In this document: positions 35,498 through 46,796 of the stretch, piece by piece
Numbering within the stretch: position 1 is the stretch's first letter
How the letters are laid out: every line of letters starts with the position of its first letter
Assembly (NCBI GenBank): GCA_035943555.1
Contig: DASZCA010000400.1
Coordinates: 1,883 to 65,882, forward strand
Source of the DNA: Verrucomicrobiia bacterium
GTDB taxonomy: Bacteria > Verrucomicrobiota > Verrucomicrobiia > Limisphaerales > UBA11358
Direction of reading: 5' to 3'
DNA: 64,000 nucleotides
The notes under the pieces: model-generated
Told to the model about the DNA's origin: nothing
Seen by the model: the letters and a program-made list of their open reading frames with translations, nothing else
Databases searched by the model: none
Made by a program: the position numbers and the translations under genes

Positions 35498-38400
35498 ATG
35501 ACCAAAACTAAAATGCAAAAACATTTCGTCTTCTCGCTTGTGGTTTTTACCGCCTTGATTTTCTACTTGGCTGGCGGCACGGCCAATGCTGAATCATTTG
35601 GAATAAAATTTTTAGGAAACACCACCGATGGCGTCACTGGCGCGGCTGGGATGGTGCCCATTTCCGGCTGGACCAATATCGCGAATGCAAACAATGCTTT
35701 CACGTCGGGAATCATCCACTCAAGCGACGGCACAGCTTCGGCCACCCTGAGCTTGAGCGGCAGCGGGCGAGCCAATGCCTGGAATTCGGGAACGACGGCT
35801 GACGGCGGAAACGGTTCGCTGATGCGGGGTTATTGCGATGCCATGGTGAACGGTCCGGTGACCGCAACCATCAGCGGCTTGACAGGCTCTTCCTACGCGA
35901 TTTACCTCTACACACAGGCGGATGCTCAAAGACCTAGTGGCACCGGTGATTGGATACCTAACTATACAATCAACGGCATCTCGGTTTTTACCCCGACGAT
36001 CGCTCCCGTCTTTAACCGGTTTATTCAAGGCGGGATGTCCCCGGCTAACACGAACCTATATCCGACCGGCCTCGCAAACGGTAATTACATCCGATGGAAT
36101 AATGGCATTCCGGTGAATGGAGTGATCACCATCTCTGCCAATTCGGACAACCGTTCATATCGTTCACCATTAAATGGCATTGAATTGGTGCTGAACTCCA
36201 ATCCTCCGCCATCGCAGACGCGGCCCATTCGCATCATGCCGTTGGGCGACTCGATTACTTGGGGGTATCCAAATGCACCAACCACCGGTGGCTACCGGCT
36301 GCCGCTCTATCAGTTGTTGACGAATGAGAGTTTTTCGATGGATTTCGTAGGCACGCAGGTAAGCACCGCACCGGGCTTGCTCTATCCAAACCATGAAGGT
36401 CATAGCGGCTTCCGCATTGACCAGATAGATGATCCTTATTTTTTAGGTTGGGTGAATACAGTTGCCAGCCCTGACATCATCCTATTGCTCATCGGAACGA
36501 ACGACCTCGGTCAGAATTATGATCCGACGAACGCCATTGTTCGGCTCGACGGTCTCATTTCGCATATCACCACAGATCGCCCCAATGCCAAGGTGATTGT
36601 CGCCAATCTGCTGGCCCGGTCGGACACCAATGCCAATAACATGATTAATACCCTTTTTAATCCTTTTGTCCCCGGCGTCGTAGCACAGCATGTGGCCAAC
36701 GGTGAACCGGTTTATTTCTGGGACCTGCATTCCCAGCTAACCGTGGCAGACACAGATGGCCTGCACCCGCTACCCAGTGGTTACATTAAAATTGCCAACC
36801 AATGGTTCAACGCCATCAACGCCATCTATGCCCCGTTCAACGGTTTTAACCTCGCATTTAACAAGACCGCCACTGCTTCTTCGGTGAACGGAAGCAATGG
36901 CGCTTCCAACGCGGTTGACGGGAACGCTACCAGTTATTGGTCTAGCGCCACAAGCGATCCGCAGTGGCTTTCCGTGGACTTGGGAACCATGCAAAATATT
37001 TATCGGGTCAATTGGATTTGGACCGCCGCTTATGGAAAGAGCTATCAAGTCCAGATTTCCACCGATAATACGAATTGGGCCAGTGTTTATAATACAACCG
37101 CCGGACTTGGCGGCACAAACAGTATTTCCTTTGCCCCAGTTAACACACGTTATGTGAGGATCTATGGCACCGCGCAGGCAACAGGTTTGGGGTATGGCCT
37201 TTCCGAACTTCAAGTGTATGCCACTCCGCCTGTCAATCTGGCCTTAAACAAAACAGCAATAGCCTCTTCCACTTCAGATGCCGTGAATTTCCCGGCCACC
37301 AAAGTAGTTGATGGCAACGCTACAACCCATTGGTCATCCACCGCCCACGATGTGGAATGGGTTACCGTTGACCTTGGTTCCGCGCAACGCGTGGGCAGGG
37401 TGCGGCTGAGTTGGGATGCTGCCTATGGTCAGGGCTATGAAATTCAGTTTTCCGCTGACAATCTCAACTGGACGCGGGTTTACAACACGAGCAGCGGCAC
37501 CGGCGGCACTGACGATGTTTCGTTTGCAGCGGTTAATACGCGCTATGTGAGGATGTATGGCTTACAACGCGGAACCACAAACGGTTATTCGTTGAATGAA
37601 TTTTCCATTTACGGACCGCTGGATGCGGGAGTGACAAGCCAATTCCCGCCATTGATCGGAATTGATGCGAACTGGGTTCCGTCTGCAGTTTATTTGGGTC
37701 AAAATGCGAGCGCCTCCGTGACCGTGGGCGGCACTCTTCCGTTATTCTATCAGTGGAAGGCCGGACTCAATGGGAACTTCACCAATCTCGTGGACGGAGT
37801 AAATATTTCTGGCTCGACCAACGCGACCTTGATGATCGCGAACGCGCAATTTACCAATGCTCTCAACTATGTCGTGATTGTAACCAACTTGTATGGCTCA
37901 GCCACTAGCAGTGTGGCCGCGCTGGCAGTGACGTCGCCGCTGGGAACCTACGCTAGCGCGGTTGTGAGTAAAGGACCGGTTGCTTTCTGGGAGTTAAACG
38001 AGACGGGTGACCCGGCTGCAAGCACGGTGACGGCCTTTGATTATGTGGGCGGATACAATGGCATTTACGGAGCCGCCGCAAAGAACGGCAACGCACTTTA
38101 TAATATTCCAGGCCCGCAACCGCCAACTTATCCAGGCTTTCCGGCCAACAACCTGGCTTTGCAGACCATGCGCACCGCCGGCTCCGGTGTCACGGTTCCG
38201 GCTTTGAACCTTCAGAACACCAATGTGACCATCGTCGCATGGATTTACCCAACCAACACAGAGGCCGGTTCCAGTGCCATTTTTCTCAACCGGACGGCAG
38301 GAACTATCGCCGGTTTTGCTTATGTGGGCACTGCGGTCAATGGTGCTTATCCATTGGGTTATGTTTGGAACAATAATGAGGGCGCGACGTGGAGCTGGGC

Positions 38401-39157
38401 TGGATCAAACGTATTTCCGCCTGTGAACCAATGGTCCATGGTGGCTCTGACTATTACGGCCAACAATTGCACTATTTATTGCTGGAGTCCAACGGGTAGT
38501 CAGCAAGGCAGTTTCATTCACGCCCATAACAACATGACCTTCGCCGGCATCAGTCAGATTGGTAATGACCATGACTTTGCGAGTAAAAACTTTCTGGGGA
38601 ACATTGACAGTGTGGCCGTGTTTAATTACAACCTCTCTTCCAACGTCCTGCAAAACCTCTACTACGCTGGAGCAAACCACGCGCCGACATTTCTCGGCAA
38701 CCCGTTCACGGTCGCCAGCGTCACTGCTGGACAACCCTATGCAGGCACGCTGGCCGGCAGTGCGAGCGATTCTGACGGTGACCCGATGTCGTATGCCAAA
38801 GTAAGCGGGCCAAATTGGTTGACGGTATCCGGAAACGGCAACTTGGGTGGCACCGCGCTTTCGGGCAATGTAGGAACAAATATTTTTGTGGTGAGCGTGG
38901 CCGACCCCAGTGGGTCGATCAATACCGCCAACATGAAGCTGACGGTGCTGGCCGCACCACCGATTGTCGCGAGTGCTGGTTGGCAAGGAAGTAGCCTAAT
39001 GCTAAACTGGGGCGGTGGTATTGGACCGTATCAGGTGCAAATAACGACGAATCTGGTGAATGCAAACTGGCAAAATGTAGGTGCAACTATCAGTTCAACC
39101 AGCCTGTTAGTTGAAACAACCAATGCGACGGCCTTTTATCGGGTATTGGGACAATGA
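35498..39157 (+). CDS. Secreted multidomain SGNH esterase with two F5/8-type-C (CBM32-like) domains, Ig-like, LamG and cadherin/He_PIG-like modules, and a divergent C-terminal FYRV module
   Basis: The start is at MTKTKMQKHFVFSLVVFTALIFYLAGGTANA. SGNH blocks are IRIMPLGDSITWGY, LLLIGTNDL and DGLHPLPSGY. There are two AVDGNATSYWSS/VVDGNATTHWSS discoidin units. An Ig unit (YQWKAGLNGNFTNL) and a LamG unit (IVAWIYP..GNIDSVAVFNYNLS) follow. The protein ends ..ITTNLVNANWQNV..FYRVLGQ. Confidence 0.8.
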   Translation: MTKTKMQKHFVFSLVVFTALIFYLAGGTANAESFGIKFLGNTTDGVTGAAGMVPISGWTNIANANNAFTSGIIHSSDGTASATLSLSGSGRANAWNSGTTADGGNGSLMRGYCDAMVNGPVTATISGLTGSSYAIYLYTQADAQRPSGTGDWIPNYTINGISVFTPTIAPVFNRFIQGGMSPANTNLYPTGLANGNYIRWNNGIPVNGVITISANSDNRSYRSPLNGIELVLNSNPPPSQTRPIRIMPLGDSITWGYPNAPTTGGYRLPLYQLLTNESFSMDFVGTQVSTAPGLLYPNHEGHSGFRIDQIDDPYFLGWVNTVASPDIILLLIGTNDLGQNYDPTNAIVRLDGLISHITTDRPNAKVIVANLLARSDTNANNMINTLFNPFVPGVVAQHVANGEPVYFWDLHSQLTVADTDGLHPLPSGYIKIANQWFNAINAIYAPFNGFNLAFNKTATASSVNGSNGASNAVDGNATSYWSSATSDPQWLSVDLGTMQNIYRVNWIWTAAYGKSYQVQISTDNTNWASVYNTTAGLGGTNSISFAPVNTRYVRIYGTAQATGLGYGLSELQVYATPPVNLALNKTAIASSTSDAVNFPATKVVDGNATTHWSSTAHDVEWVTVDLGSAQRVGRVRLSWDAAYGQGYEIQFSADNLNWTRVYNTSSGTGGTDDVSFAAVNTRYVRMYGLQRGTTNGYSLNEFSIYGPLDAGVTSQFPPLIGIDANWVPSAVYLGQNASASVTVGGTLPLFYQWKAGLNGNFTNLVDGVNISGSTNATLMIANAQFTNALNYVVIVTNLYGSATSSVAALAVTSPLGTYASAVVSKGPVAFWELNETGDPAASTVTAFDYVGGYNGIYGAAAKNGNALYNIPGPQPPTYPGFPANNLALQTMRTAGSGVTVPALNLQNTNVTIVAWIYPTNTEAGSSAIFLNRTAGTIAGFAYVGTAVNGAYPLGYVWNNNEGATWSWAGSNVFPPVNQWSMVALTITANNCTIYCWSPTGSQQGSFIHAHNNMTFAGISQIGNDHDFASKNFLGNIDSVAVFNYNLSSNVLQNLYYAGANHAPTFLGNPFTVASVTAGQPYAGTLAGSASDSDGDPMSYAKVSGPNWLTVSGNGNLGGTALSGNVGTNIFVVSVADPSGSINTANMKLTVLAAPPIVASAGWQGSSLMLNWGGGIGPYQVQITTNLVNANWQNVGATISSTSLLVETTNATAFYRVLGQ

Positions 39158-39209
39158 TTTTCCAATTCATCAAAAATGAGTCGAGACAACACCGTATTTC
39201 CCTGAATCC

Positions 39210-39770
39210 ATGAATGACATTACGCGTGCGCTGCAAAAACTGGAAGAGGGTGAGGTGGCAGCATCAGAAGAACTAATGTCTCTGGCTTATGATGAATTGC
39301 GTCGTCTGGCCGCCATAAGGATGGCCCAAGAATCCGCCGGCCAGACATTACAACCTACCGCGCTAGTACATGAGGCGTGGCTGCAACTAAGCGGTTCCGG
39401 CGACCGGCACTGGCAAAACCGGGCGCATTTTTTTGGCGCAGCGGCGGATGCGATGCGGCGCATTCTAATTGACAAAGCCCGGCGCAAAGCCCGGCTAAAG
39501 CATGGCGGCGGCCAGTCACGATTAAACATTGATGAGGTTGACCTTGCCCAAACTACGGCCGACGACAATGTGCTTTTGATTGACGAGGCGGTGGAGGCGC
39601 TGAAAAAGGAAGACCCGGAACAGGCGCAGGTGGTGGTGCTGAAATTCTTCGCCGGCCTGACCAACGAAGAAACCGCTGAAAGTCTTGGGATAAGCGAGCG
39701 CACGGTGCGGCGACAATGGGAATGCGCCAAGATGAGGATTTTTCAATGGATAAAGGATGCAAAGAAATGA
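39210..39770 (+). CDS. ECF-type RNA polymerase sigma factor (TIGR02999 / ECF43-like, kinase-associated type)
   Basis: 186 aa. The N-terminal pattern is LMSLAYDELRRLAAIRMAQE..TLQPTALVHEAWLQL..W.NRAHFFGAAADAMRRILID, with a sigma-4 HTH (ETAESLGISERTVRRQWECAK). A Ser/Thr kinase gene follows immediately. Confidence 0.8.
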   Translation: MNDITRALQKLEEGEVAASEELMSLAYDELRRLAAIRMAQESAGQTLQPTALVHEAWLQLSGSGDRHWQNRAHFFGAAADAMRRILIDKARRKARLKHGGGQSRLNIDEVDLAQTTADDNVLLIDEAVEALKKEDPEQAQVVVLKFFAGLTNEETAESLGISERTVRRQWECAKMRIFQWIKDAKK

Positions 39771-39822
39771 TTGGAGGCCGAAAATCGTTCCTAAAAGCGC
39801 GTTTAGAAGTGAACCAATTGCG

Positions 39823-42075
39823 ATGAGTCCCGAGAAGCAAAAGGAAGACACTGTCTTCTTCGCGGCCATTAGTCTGGCCGATCCAGCGCGTCGCGAGGCA
39901 TTTCTTGAAGATGCCTGTTCGCAGGACCCGTCGTTGCGTGATCTCGTGGCCAAGAGACTTTCCGTGCATGGCGATGCTGAGAGTTTTTTTGCAAAGGCTC
40001 GGTCAGCTTTACCGCTTTTATCGGAGGATTTTCCAGCGGTTCCGAACGATTTCAATCAAACAAAAGTGGATGAGCGGATCGGCACACGGATCGGTCTTTA
40101 CAAAGTCTTGCAGAAAATCGGTGAAGGCGGCTGCGGCCTAGTTTATATGGCTGAACAGGATCAGCCAGTGCGCCGACGAGTCGCCCTCAAGGTCATCAAG
40201 CTCGGCATGGATACCAAGAATGTCATTGCCCGGTTCACGGCCGAACGGCAGGCATTGGCGCTAATGGATCATCCGAATATTGCGCGCGTCCTTGATGCCG
40301 GAGCCACCGGCACGGGCCAGCCCTATTTCGTCATGGAACTTGTGCGCGGGATGAAGATCACCAATTTTTGCGATGATATTAATCTGGACACAGCCGAGCG
40401 TCTGCGGCTCTTTATCCAGGTCTGTCATGCGATCCAGCACGCACACCAAAAAGGCATCATCCATCGTGATATCAAGCCGTCGAATATTCTCGTTACCATG
40501 CTGGATGGCGTCCCGATGCCTAAGGTCATTGATTTCGGAATCGCCAAAGCCATTGAAGGCAGACTGACGGAGCAAACTTTGTTTACTGCGTATGAGCAGA
40601 TCATCGGCACGCCGGCCTACATGAGCCCCGAGCAGGCTGAGATGAGCGCGCTTGATGTGGATACTCGCAGCGATATCTATTCGCTCGGTGTTCTCCTTTA
40701 TGAGTTGCTGACGGGCAGGACCCCGTTTGACGGCAAAACATTGATGCAGTCTGGTTTGGAGCAAATGCGTCGGACTTTACGTGAAAATGAACCGCCGCGA
40801 TTGTCAAAGGTTCTGACCACTTTGGATGGAGTGGAATTAAAAACCATGGCGGAACACCGCCATGTTGAAGCGCCCAAACTTATATCGATGCTCGAAGGAG
40901 ATCTGGACTGGGTGGTCATGAAGGCGCTCGAAAAGGATCGTTCGCGCCGTTACGAAACAGCGAACGGACTTCTCATGGACGTCCAACGTTATCTCAGCAA
41001 TGAACCTGTGAGAGCGCGGCCGCCGAGTCAGATTTACCGGCTGCAAAAGCTTGTTCGCAGGAATAAAGCTGTTTTCATTTCTGGTACAGCCATTAGTGTG
41101 GCCTTGATCACAGGTTTTGGAGTGTCAACTTGCCTTTTCTTCAAAGAGCGCCACGCCCGCCACGAGGAGGCCCGTCTTTTGGAGCAGGCCAACATGGCAA
41201 CCCAAAGGGAAGCGAAGTTGCGTCAGCAGGCGGAAGACGGCGAAAGAATAACTCAGGCAGCAATTTTTGTGAGTCAAGGAAAGTTTCAAGAGGCCGATCA
41301 TATGCTGGACGGGGTCAACAACCTCGTTAGGCCGAGTCTTGACGGCGTCACCGCATACCGCAAAGTGGCCGAATGGCTGGCATTCGAAGGCCAGTGGGAA
41401 AAGGCGGGCAACCGATTTGCCAAGCTCATAGCAATTGATGAACTGGATCAATGGACCGTGGTCTCATGGGACTATCAATATTGCGGAACGGTTCTGGCGG
41501 AGAGCGGCGATTTGGGAAAATATCTTCACTTCTGCCAGGCCTCGGTATCTCATTTTACCGGTACCACCAACAGCAATGAAGCATGGCGGATCGTTCGCAC
41601 CAGCTTGTTGATGCCAGCAAATAAAAAGTGGCTCGCCACGCTAGAGCCGCTGGCTGGAATCGTGGAAAATGATTTCAAAAAATGGCCGGCTGTTCAGCCC
41701 AGCGCTTGGGGAATAATCCCTGTTTCACTTTGGAAGTATCGCAACGGTGATTATGCCGCCGCCGAACAATGGTGTCGGCGTGCGCTCGTCGCCCCGGACA
41801 AGGCGCTTGCCCGCGATGCTAACATACACGTGATACTGGCAATGTCATGTTTCAAACTCGGGCGTATAGGCGAGGCAAGGGATGAATTAAAGCAAGGGCG
41901 GGCCTTGATCGAAAAGCAATTCCCAAATGGTCTGCTTAGTGAGGCCGCCAAGCAAGATAGCTTATTATGGTGGGACTGGATATATGCACGAATTCTCATG
42001 CGCGAAGCCACCCCAATGATTGATGAGAATCCAATGCAAACTTCCTTGGGGGAATTGAATGAATCGCCGCAATAG
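39823..42075 (+). CDS. Membrane Ser/Thr protein kinase with C-terminal extracytoplasmic (TPR-like) domain
   Basis: The ORF opens at 39757, overlapping the sigma gene by 14 nt. The likelier start is MSPEKQKED (39823). Hanks kinase motifs are GEGGCGLVY, VALKVIK, HRDIKPSNIL, DFGIAK and GTPAYMSPE. One TM segment (AVFISGTAISVALITGFGVSTCLFF) is followed by ~330 aa. Confidence 0.85.
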   Translation: MSPEKQKEDTVFFAAISLADPARREAFLEDACSQDPSLRDLVAKRLSVHGDAESFFAKARSALPLLSEDFPAVPNDFNQTKVDERIGTRIGLYKVLQKIGEGGCGLVYMAEQDQPVRRRVALKVIKLGMDTKNVIARFTAERQALALMDHPNIARVLDAGATGTGQPYFVMELVRGMKITNFCDDINLDTAERLRLFIQVCHAIQHAHQKGIIHRDIKPSNILVTMLDGVPMPKVIDFGIAKAIEGRLTEQTLFTAYEQIIGTPAYMSPEQAEMSALDVDTRSDIYSLGVLLYELLTGRTPFDGKTLMQSGLEQMRRTLRENEPPRLSKVLTTLDGVELKTMAEHRHVEAPKLISMLEGDLDWVVMKALEKDRSRRYETANGLLMDVQRYLSNEPVRARPPSQIYRLQKLVRRNKAVFISGTAISVALITGFGVSTCLFFKERHARHEEARLLEQANMATQREAKLRQQAEDGERITQAAIFVSQGKFQEADHMLDGVNNLVRPSLDGVTAYRKVAEWLAFEGQWEKAGNRFAKLIAIDELDQWTVVSWDYQYCGTVLAESGDLGKYLHFCQASVSHFTGTTNSNEAWRIVRTSLLMPANKKWLATLEPLAGIVENDFKKWPAVQPSAWGIIPVSLWKYRNGDYAAAEQWCRRALVAPDKALARDANIHVILAMSCFKLGRIGEARDELKQGRALIEKQFPNGLLSEAAKQDSLLWWDWIYARILMREATPMIDENPMQTSLGELNESPQ

Positions 42076-42316
42076 GTTTAAAATCATCAACTTAAGATGC
42101 AATTGGTTGCAATGAGCCATCGTTTCACGCATTTTATTTAATCTTCTGCCTGCCGATTTCAAAAATGGAGCATTTTCAAAATAAATTGGCCGTTTTTTGG
42201 CATTCATGGCGCGTGTACAAATGAACCCATGTACTGGACTAACAAATCTGACAGATGGCTGCAGCCTAGTTGTTATTGTAGGAAATGGGGGAAAATCAAA
42301 ACTGCAACCCAAATCT

Positions 42317-45300
42317 ATGAGTAAAAATCCCTTGAATCGTTTTTTGAACCGCATGCGCTGGCTGGTTTTCGCTGCATTCCTTGCACTGGCTTTTGGGTCG
42401 GCCGCTTTTGGCCAAACCTTGCTTTACAAATGGAATTTTGACAACGGCATCACAACTGGTGTTACGAATTTATCAGTCAGCCCTGCGGTTATCGACACCG
42501 CAGATGGTTATACGGGCGGTAACCTGACAAACATCTTCAATGCCCTGGGATTACAAAGTATACCTTCAGGCAGCGGGGTATATGGCATCGCTAACAGCGC
42601 GGATCAAGGCTTGGTAAATTCAGCCACGAATGGCCAGGTTGGCACGCAGCCGGCCTCCGGAGCGTTGGTTGGAGGTGTGGGAAATCTTAGTGGGATTACT
42701 AATCAATTTACCATAACTATGTGGTTCAATTTGTCAGCAACTTATACAAATAATGGCAACGCTCGGTTATTTGACATCGACACCAGAACGGCGGCCAATG
42801 GAGCGGGCAGTGCCGATGGCAATGAGTTATACCTTGATTTGGCTGGCGGCACTCAGGCGATTCAGATGGGAGTGAATCAGGCTTCTACTGGACCTTTAAC
42901 TGGAGCTAATGTGTTAACCAACACAACGTCATTGTCCGGAATCACAAACATATGGTTTTTCATGGCTCTTGTTTATACCAATAGCGGCACTGGTTCGGTT
43001 GGAATTTATGTTGGAAGAACCAACGCTACGGCAGTCCTCTCCACGACCCTGAATGGCGTAGGCGTCCTTGCCAATACGAATGCATGGAATAACATTACCA
43101 ATTTGGTCATGATTGGAAATCGGGCAAGCGACGCGAAGCGCAATCTGCCCGGCACCATAGATGACGTTCGTTTTTATAAAGAAGCTTTAAGTCAGGCGCA
43201 AATTCAATCGATTCAAGGAGTTCTGACTGCCCCTGTAATTACATCGCAGCCAACGCCAGATGTGGTGTTTCCGGGACAATCCCCTCAATTTAAGGTCACC
43301 GCAACTGGTTCGGTTCCGTTGCGCTACCAATGGCAGCGTAATGGAACGAATCTTTTGGACGGTGGAAATATTTCGGGCTCCCAATCAAATGTGCTTACGA
43401 TCGCCGGTGTTTCTGCCGCCGACGTTTTTAATAATTATCAAGTCGTCGTGACCAATTCTGTCAACCCTGCCGCCATCAGCACCCCCGTGAGTCTTTCCCT
43501 CACCCAGACAAATGGCGCGTATGAAGCTGCTGTGTTGACAAACTCTCCTTTCGCCTTCTACACATTCAGTGAAACCGGTGATCCAAGTTCCGGCGCCTTG
43601 GAGGCATATGATTCAATTGGCGTATTTAACGGAATCTACGGAGCAGGCGCGTTAAATGGGTTCAATAGTATAACCGGACCGCAAACTACCGCCGATAGTC
43701 TGATTGGATTCCCTGATACCAATACCGCGTTGTTTGCCACCTATCAAAATTTCCCTGTAGCTGCATATGTCGCCACGCCTGCATTTAACTTGAACAATGG
43801 TGTTGGGACAAATGTATTGACGATCGCCGCGTGGATCAAACCCATCGGTGCTCAAGCTCATGGCGTTGGGATAATCTTTTCGCGGAGCGGCAATACGGTA
43901 GCCGGTTTGGATTATAACGCGACAAATAGCAACACCGGCAATCTCAAACTGGGCTATACATGGAACAATGATTCGACGACCTTTAGCTGGGACTCCGGGC
44001 TTGAGCCGACTCCTGGCATCTGGTCGCTCGTTGCTTTGGTGATCACGCCAACCAACTCAACGATTTACCTGATCAATGCCAACGGTCTGCTGTTCTCGAC
44101 GCATAACCATACGAATGTCATTCAGACATTTTCAGGGCCAACGCTCATCGGAAATGACAGTCTGGACACTACCGGGAAACGTAACTTCAACGGATCAATT
44201 GATGAAGTAGCGTTTTTCAATCAAGCCTTGACACCCGGCCAGATGTCTTCTTTATATTCAGCTGCTTCCGGCACGGTGTTCGCGCCGCAGCCGCCGACAA
44301 TATCAGTTGAACCGACATGGCCTTCTCCGGTTTATGTGGGTCAGTCGGTAAGCTCAACTGTTACCAGCATTGGCGGACTATCCTATCAATGGAAGGCTGG
44401 CTTGGGCGGAAATTATACTAATCTTACGGACGGAGCAAATATATCCGGTTCATCCAGCTCGACATTAACTATTAACAGCGTACAAATTTCCAATTCTCTC
44501 GACTACATTGTAATTGTCGCAAATTCTTTTGGTTCAATCACTAGCACTCCACCAGCTACTCTGACGGTAAATCCGCCCGGTTCGCCTAATGCTTATACGC
44601 TGGATTTTGGCGGCGCCCCTATTGTTGAAGCGGCCGGCTCGGACTGGAACACTGCAAATAGTTGGAATCCAGACGGCGCAGCTGCATCAACCTCGGCATT
44701 TTCCAACCCCGGCAGCACCTATACCGTAGTGGCGGGCTCTCGCCTGCGAACCCCTGTATTGGCTAACGTAATCTTTCCTGGAATCACCACATTGCAGATT
44801 AACGGCGACGGTGTGTTCGAAGGCAGCGGAACCAATCCGGTTACGATTGGCGAATTGCGCATCAAACATACTGCCTTCAACCCTGCGACGAATTTCTACA
44901 GCCATTTAGTGCTCAATGGTGGTGAAATATTCAATGGCGATGGTGGATTGATTGTGCTGAAGGGCCGTTTGGACGTTCAAGCTAACAGCGTCCTTTACAA
45001 CGATGCTGTAGACACTCGGGCCTTCCAGATTGATTCTTGGCTGACGGGATCCGGAAACATCTTCTATCAAGATGGTAATTTGACTAACGGCGCAGTTGAT
45101 TTGAATGTCACTGGTACGACCAACACCTTCATCGGCCAATGGGTCATAAGCCAGGGTGGACTACTGGGCGCTAGCATCAATTCATTAGGCACGAATACTT
45201 TATCAGTTGGCGCCACGGGTTTGGCTGCGGCAGTGGAAACCCTGTATGACATTAATAACACCAATGCCAGTCTAATTCTTGGCACGAATGGCAAAGTCTA

Positions 45301-45718
45301 CCTCCATCAGAATGATCACTTCGCCAGCGTCATCATTAACGGCACGCCGCTGGCCAATGGAACCTATTCGTTCGCGCAATTGACGAACAGTTATCCTGCG
45401 AACTTCCCGGCTACATGGACAGCGCAAACGGGTTCGACAGTCACCACTGGCTCCGGCCAGATCATCGTAGGCACGGGTGGCCCGGCCCCGGCTCCGCGAT
45501 TCACCGGGATCAGCTTAAGCGGGACTTCCCTGTCTCTTTCTATCACGAATGGCGCGCCGGGCGGACCGTGGGCATTATTGCAAAGCACCAACATTGCGCT
45601 GCCATTGAGCCAATGGCAAACTAACAGGACGGGCAGTTTCGACTTCAGCGGTAATCTATTCACTAATATTGTCAATACAGCCACAAACAGTCAGGAATTT
45701 TACATCCTCAAACAATAA
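42317..45718 (+). CDS. Secreted giant protein: two LamG domains, Ig-like modules, PATR-like (autotransporter-associated beta-strand) region, conserved C-terminal module
   Basis: The start is at [32 protein letters not shown]. LamG_3-like units are present ([21 protein letters not shown]; [23 protein letters not shown]). There are Ig units ([27 protein letters not shown]) and a PATR-like [17 protein letters not shown]. The tail ends QEFYILKQ. Confidence 0.75.
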   Translation: MSKNPLNRFLNRMRWLVFAAFLALAFGSAAFGQTLLYKWNFDNGITTGVTNLSVSPAVIDTADGYTGGNLTNIFNALGLQSIPSGSGVYGIANSADQGLVNSATNGQVGTQPASGALVGGVGNLSGITNQFTITMWFNLSATYTNNGNARLFDIDTRTAANGAGSADGNELYLDLAGGTQAIQMGVNQASTGPLTGANVLTNTTSLSGITNIWFFMALVYTNSGTGSVGIYVGRTNATAVLSTTLNGVGVLANTNAWNNITNLVMIGNRASDAKRNLPGTIDDVRFYKEALSQAQIQSIQGVLTAPVITSQPTPDVVFPGQSPQFKVTATGSVPLRYQWQRNGTNLLDGGNISGSQSNVLTIAGVSAADVFNNYQVVVTNSVNPAAISTPVSLSLTQTNGAYEAAVLTNSPFAFYTFSETGDPSSGALEAYDSIGVFNGIYGAGALNGFNSITGPQTTADSLIGFPDTNTALFATYQNFPVAAYVATPAFNLNNGVGTNVLTIAAWIKPIGAQAHGVGIIFSRSGNTVAGLDYNATNSNTGNLKLGYTWNNDSTTFSWDSGLEPTPGIWSLVALVITPTNSTIYLINANGLLFSTHNHTNVIQTFSGPTLIGNDSLDTTGKRNFNGSIDEVAFFNQALTPGQMSSLYSAASGTVFAPQPPTISVEPTWPSPVYVGQSVSSTVTSIGGLSYQWKAGLGGNYTNLTDGANISGSSSSTLTINSVQISNSLDYIVIVANSFGSITSTPPATLTVNPPGSPNAYTLDFGGAPIVEAAGSDWNTANSWNPDGAAASTSAFSNPGSTYTVVAGSRLRTPVLANVIFPGITTLQINGDGVFEGSGTNPVTIGELRIKHTAFNPATNFYSHLVLNGGEIFNGDGGLIVLKGRLDVQANSVLYNDAVDTRAFQIDSWLTGSGNIFYQDGNLTNGAVDLNVTGTTNTFIGQWVISQGGLLGASINSLGTNTLSVGATGLAAAVETLYDINNTNASLILGTNGKVYLHQNDHFASVIINGTPLANGTYSFAQLTNSYPANFPATWTAQTGSTVTTGSGQIIVGTGGPAPAPRFTGISLSGTSLSLSITNGAPGGPWALLQSTNIALPLSQWQTNRTGSFDFSGNLFTNIVNTATNSQEFYILKQ
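45494..45715 (+). repeat. C-terminal module copy 1 (74 codons) - coding repeat shared with 50544-50768 and 53382-53609
   Basis: [74 protein letters not shown]. Long nucleotide runs are identical to copy 2. Confidence 0.85.
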
Positions 45719-45765
45719 GGTTTGGCATGGAATGGAACGCCAATAGCCAGAAAAATTATAAATGT

Positions 45766-46650
45766 ATGACTGTGAATATTATTTGCGATAGCAAAAACAA
45801 ACAAAGTATTAATGGTGTGAAACAATTCGGCTTCACCTTAATTGAGTTGCTCGTTGTAATTGCCATCATTGCCATATTAGCTGCGATGCTACTGCCGGCA
45901 TTATCTCAGGCAAAAGAGCGGTCTAAGCGAATATCCTGCATAAACAACATGAAACAAATGGGTGTGGCCTTGGTTTTATATGCAGGCGATAGTAGTGACG
46001 TGATACCTCCCGCTGTATATAATGGAGCAGGTCCTTATAATACCTACTATTTGAGTAAGAATGGAGGGACAGCAAGCGCATCAGTTGATTTTAATGCAAA
46101 TCCTGCTGTAAATCATGGCTTATATTATACAACCAAAATTATCAGCTCCGGAAAATCTTTTTATTGTCCTAGCATGGGTTCCGGGCCAATAGAGCAAGGC
46201 AAGTATGCCTACGAGCTTTATTTAACTGCAAGCGGGTCTTGGCCAGCTTATGGTGCTCCCGGCGCGAATAATTGGGGGGCCAACTTGCGTTCATCTTATA
46301 TGTATTATCCCTGCACCACACGGTATAATAACCCAGTTGTGCCCACTTCGGGATATGCATCGGCAAAAAAATCCAGCGAGCTAACCGCCGATCATCTTAC
46401 TCTTACCGATTTAATTTATGATTATTCTTCCATAGCTCATCGGTCGGGATCAGTCGCAAAAGCATTAAACGTCCTTTGGGGAGATGGGCATGTCCAAGCC
46501 AGCACCTCGGCAAAAGCTCTTGACCCGAGTCCCTCACCCAGCGATCCCAATTCATTGTGGACAGACAATGGTACGGGCGCATCGGGCGGCCAGGATCCGG
46601 GAGATGTAGATGGAAAATTTATAAAAATAATTTCTTATCTTACTCCTTGA
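45766..46650 (+). CDS. Prepilin-type N-terminal cleavage/methylation domain protein (type II pseudopilin-like, DUF1559-type)
   Basis: It has the ..KQFG|[29 protein letters not shown] class-III signal and a C-terminal ..NVLWGDGHV motif. A GTG at 45817 would give the classic short leader [12 protein letters not shown]. The ORF opens at 45727. Confidence 0.8.
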   Translation: MTVNIICDSKNKQSINGVKQFGFTLIELLVVIAIIAILAAMLLPALSQAKERSKRISCINNMKQMGVALVLYAGDSSDVIPPAVYNGAGPYNTYYLSKNGGTASASVDFNANPAVNHGLYYTTKIISSGKSFYCPSMGSGPIEQGKYAYELYLTASGSWPAYGAPGANNWGANLRSSYMYYPCTTRYNNPVVPTSGYASAKKSSELTADHLTLTDLIYDYSSIAHRSGSVAKALNVLWGDGHVQASTSAKALDPSPSPSDPNSLWTDNGTGASGGQDPGDVDGKFIKIISYLTP

Positions 46651-46680
46651 ATTTTTAGAAACCTGAAAAACTATTAACTA

Positions 46681-46700
46681 TCTGGTCAAAACCAGATTTT
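46681..46700 (+). terminator. Candidate Rho-independent terminator after the prepilin-like gene
   Basis: TCTGGT-caaa-ACCAGA followed by TTTT, starting 31 nt after the stop. The stem is short (6 bp). Confidence 0.35.
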
Positions 46701-46796
46701 AATATGGCTTAAATTAGAAGTGCAAAAAGGAAGCTTAAAGTGTTCTGTTGTTTTTTATCACGCTTAAAGTGGCTTCATCCACCAGAGGACAATTCT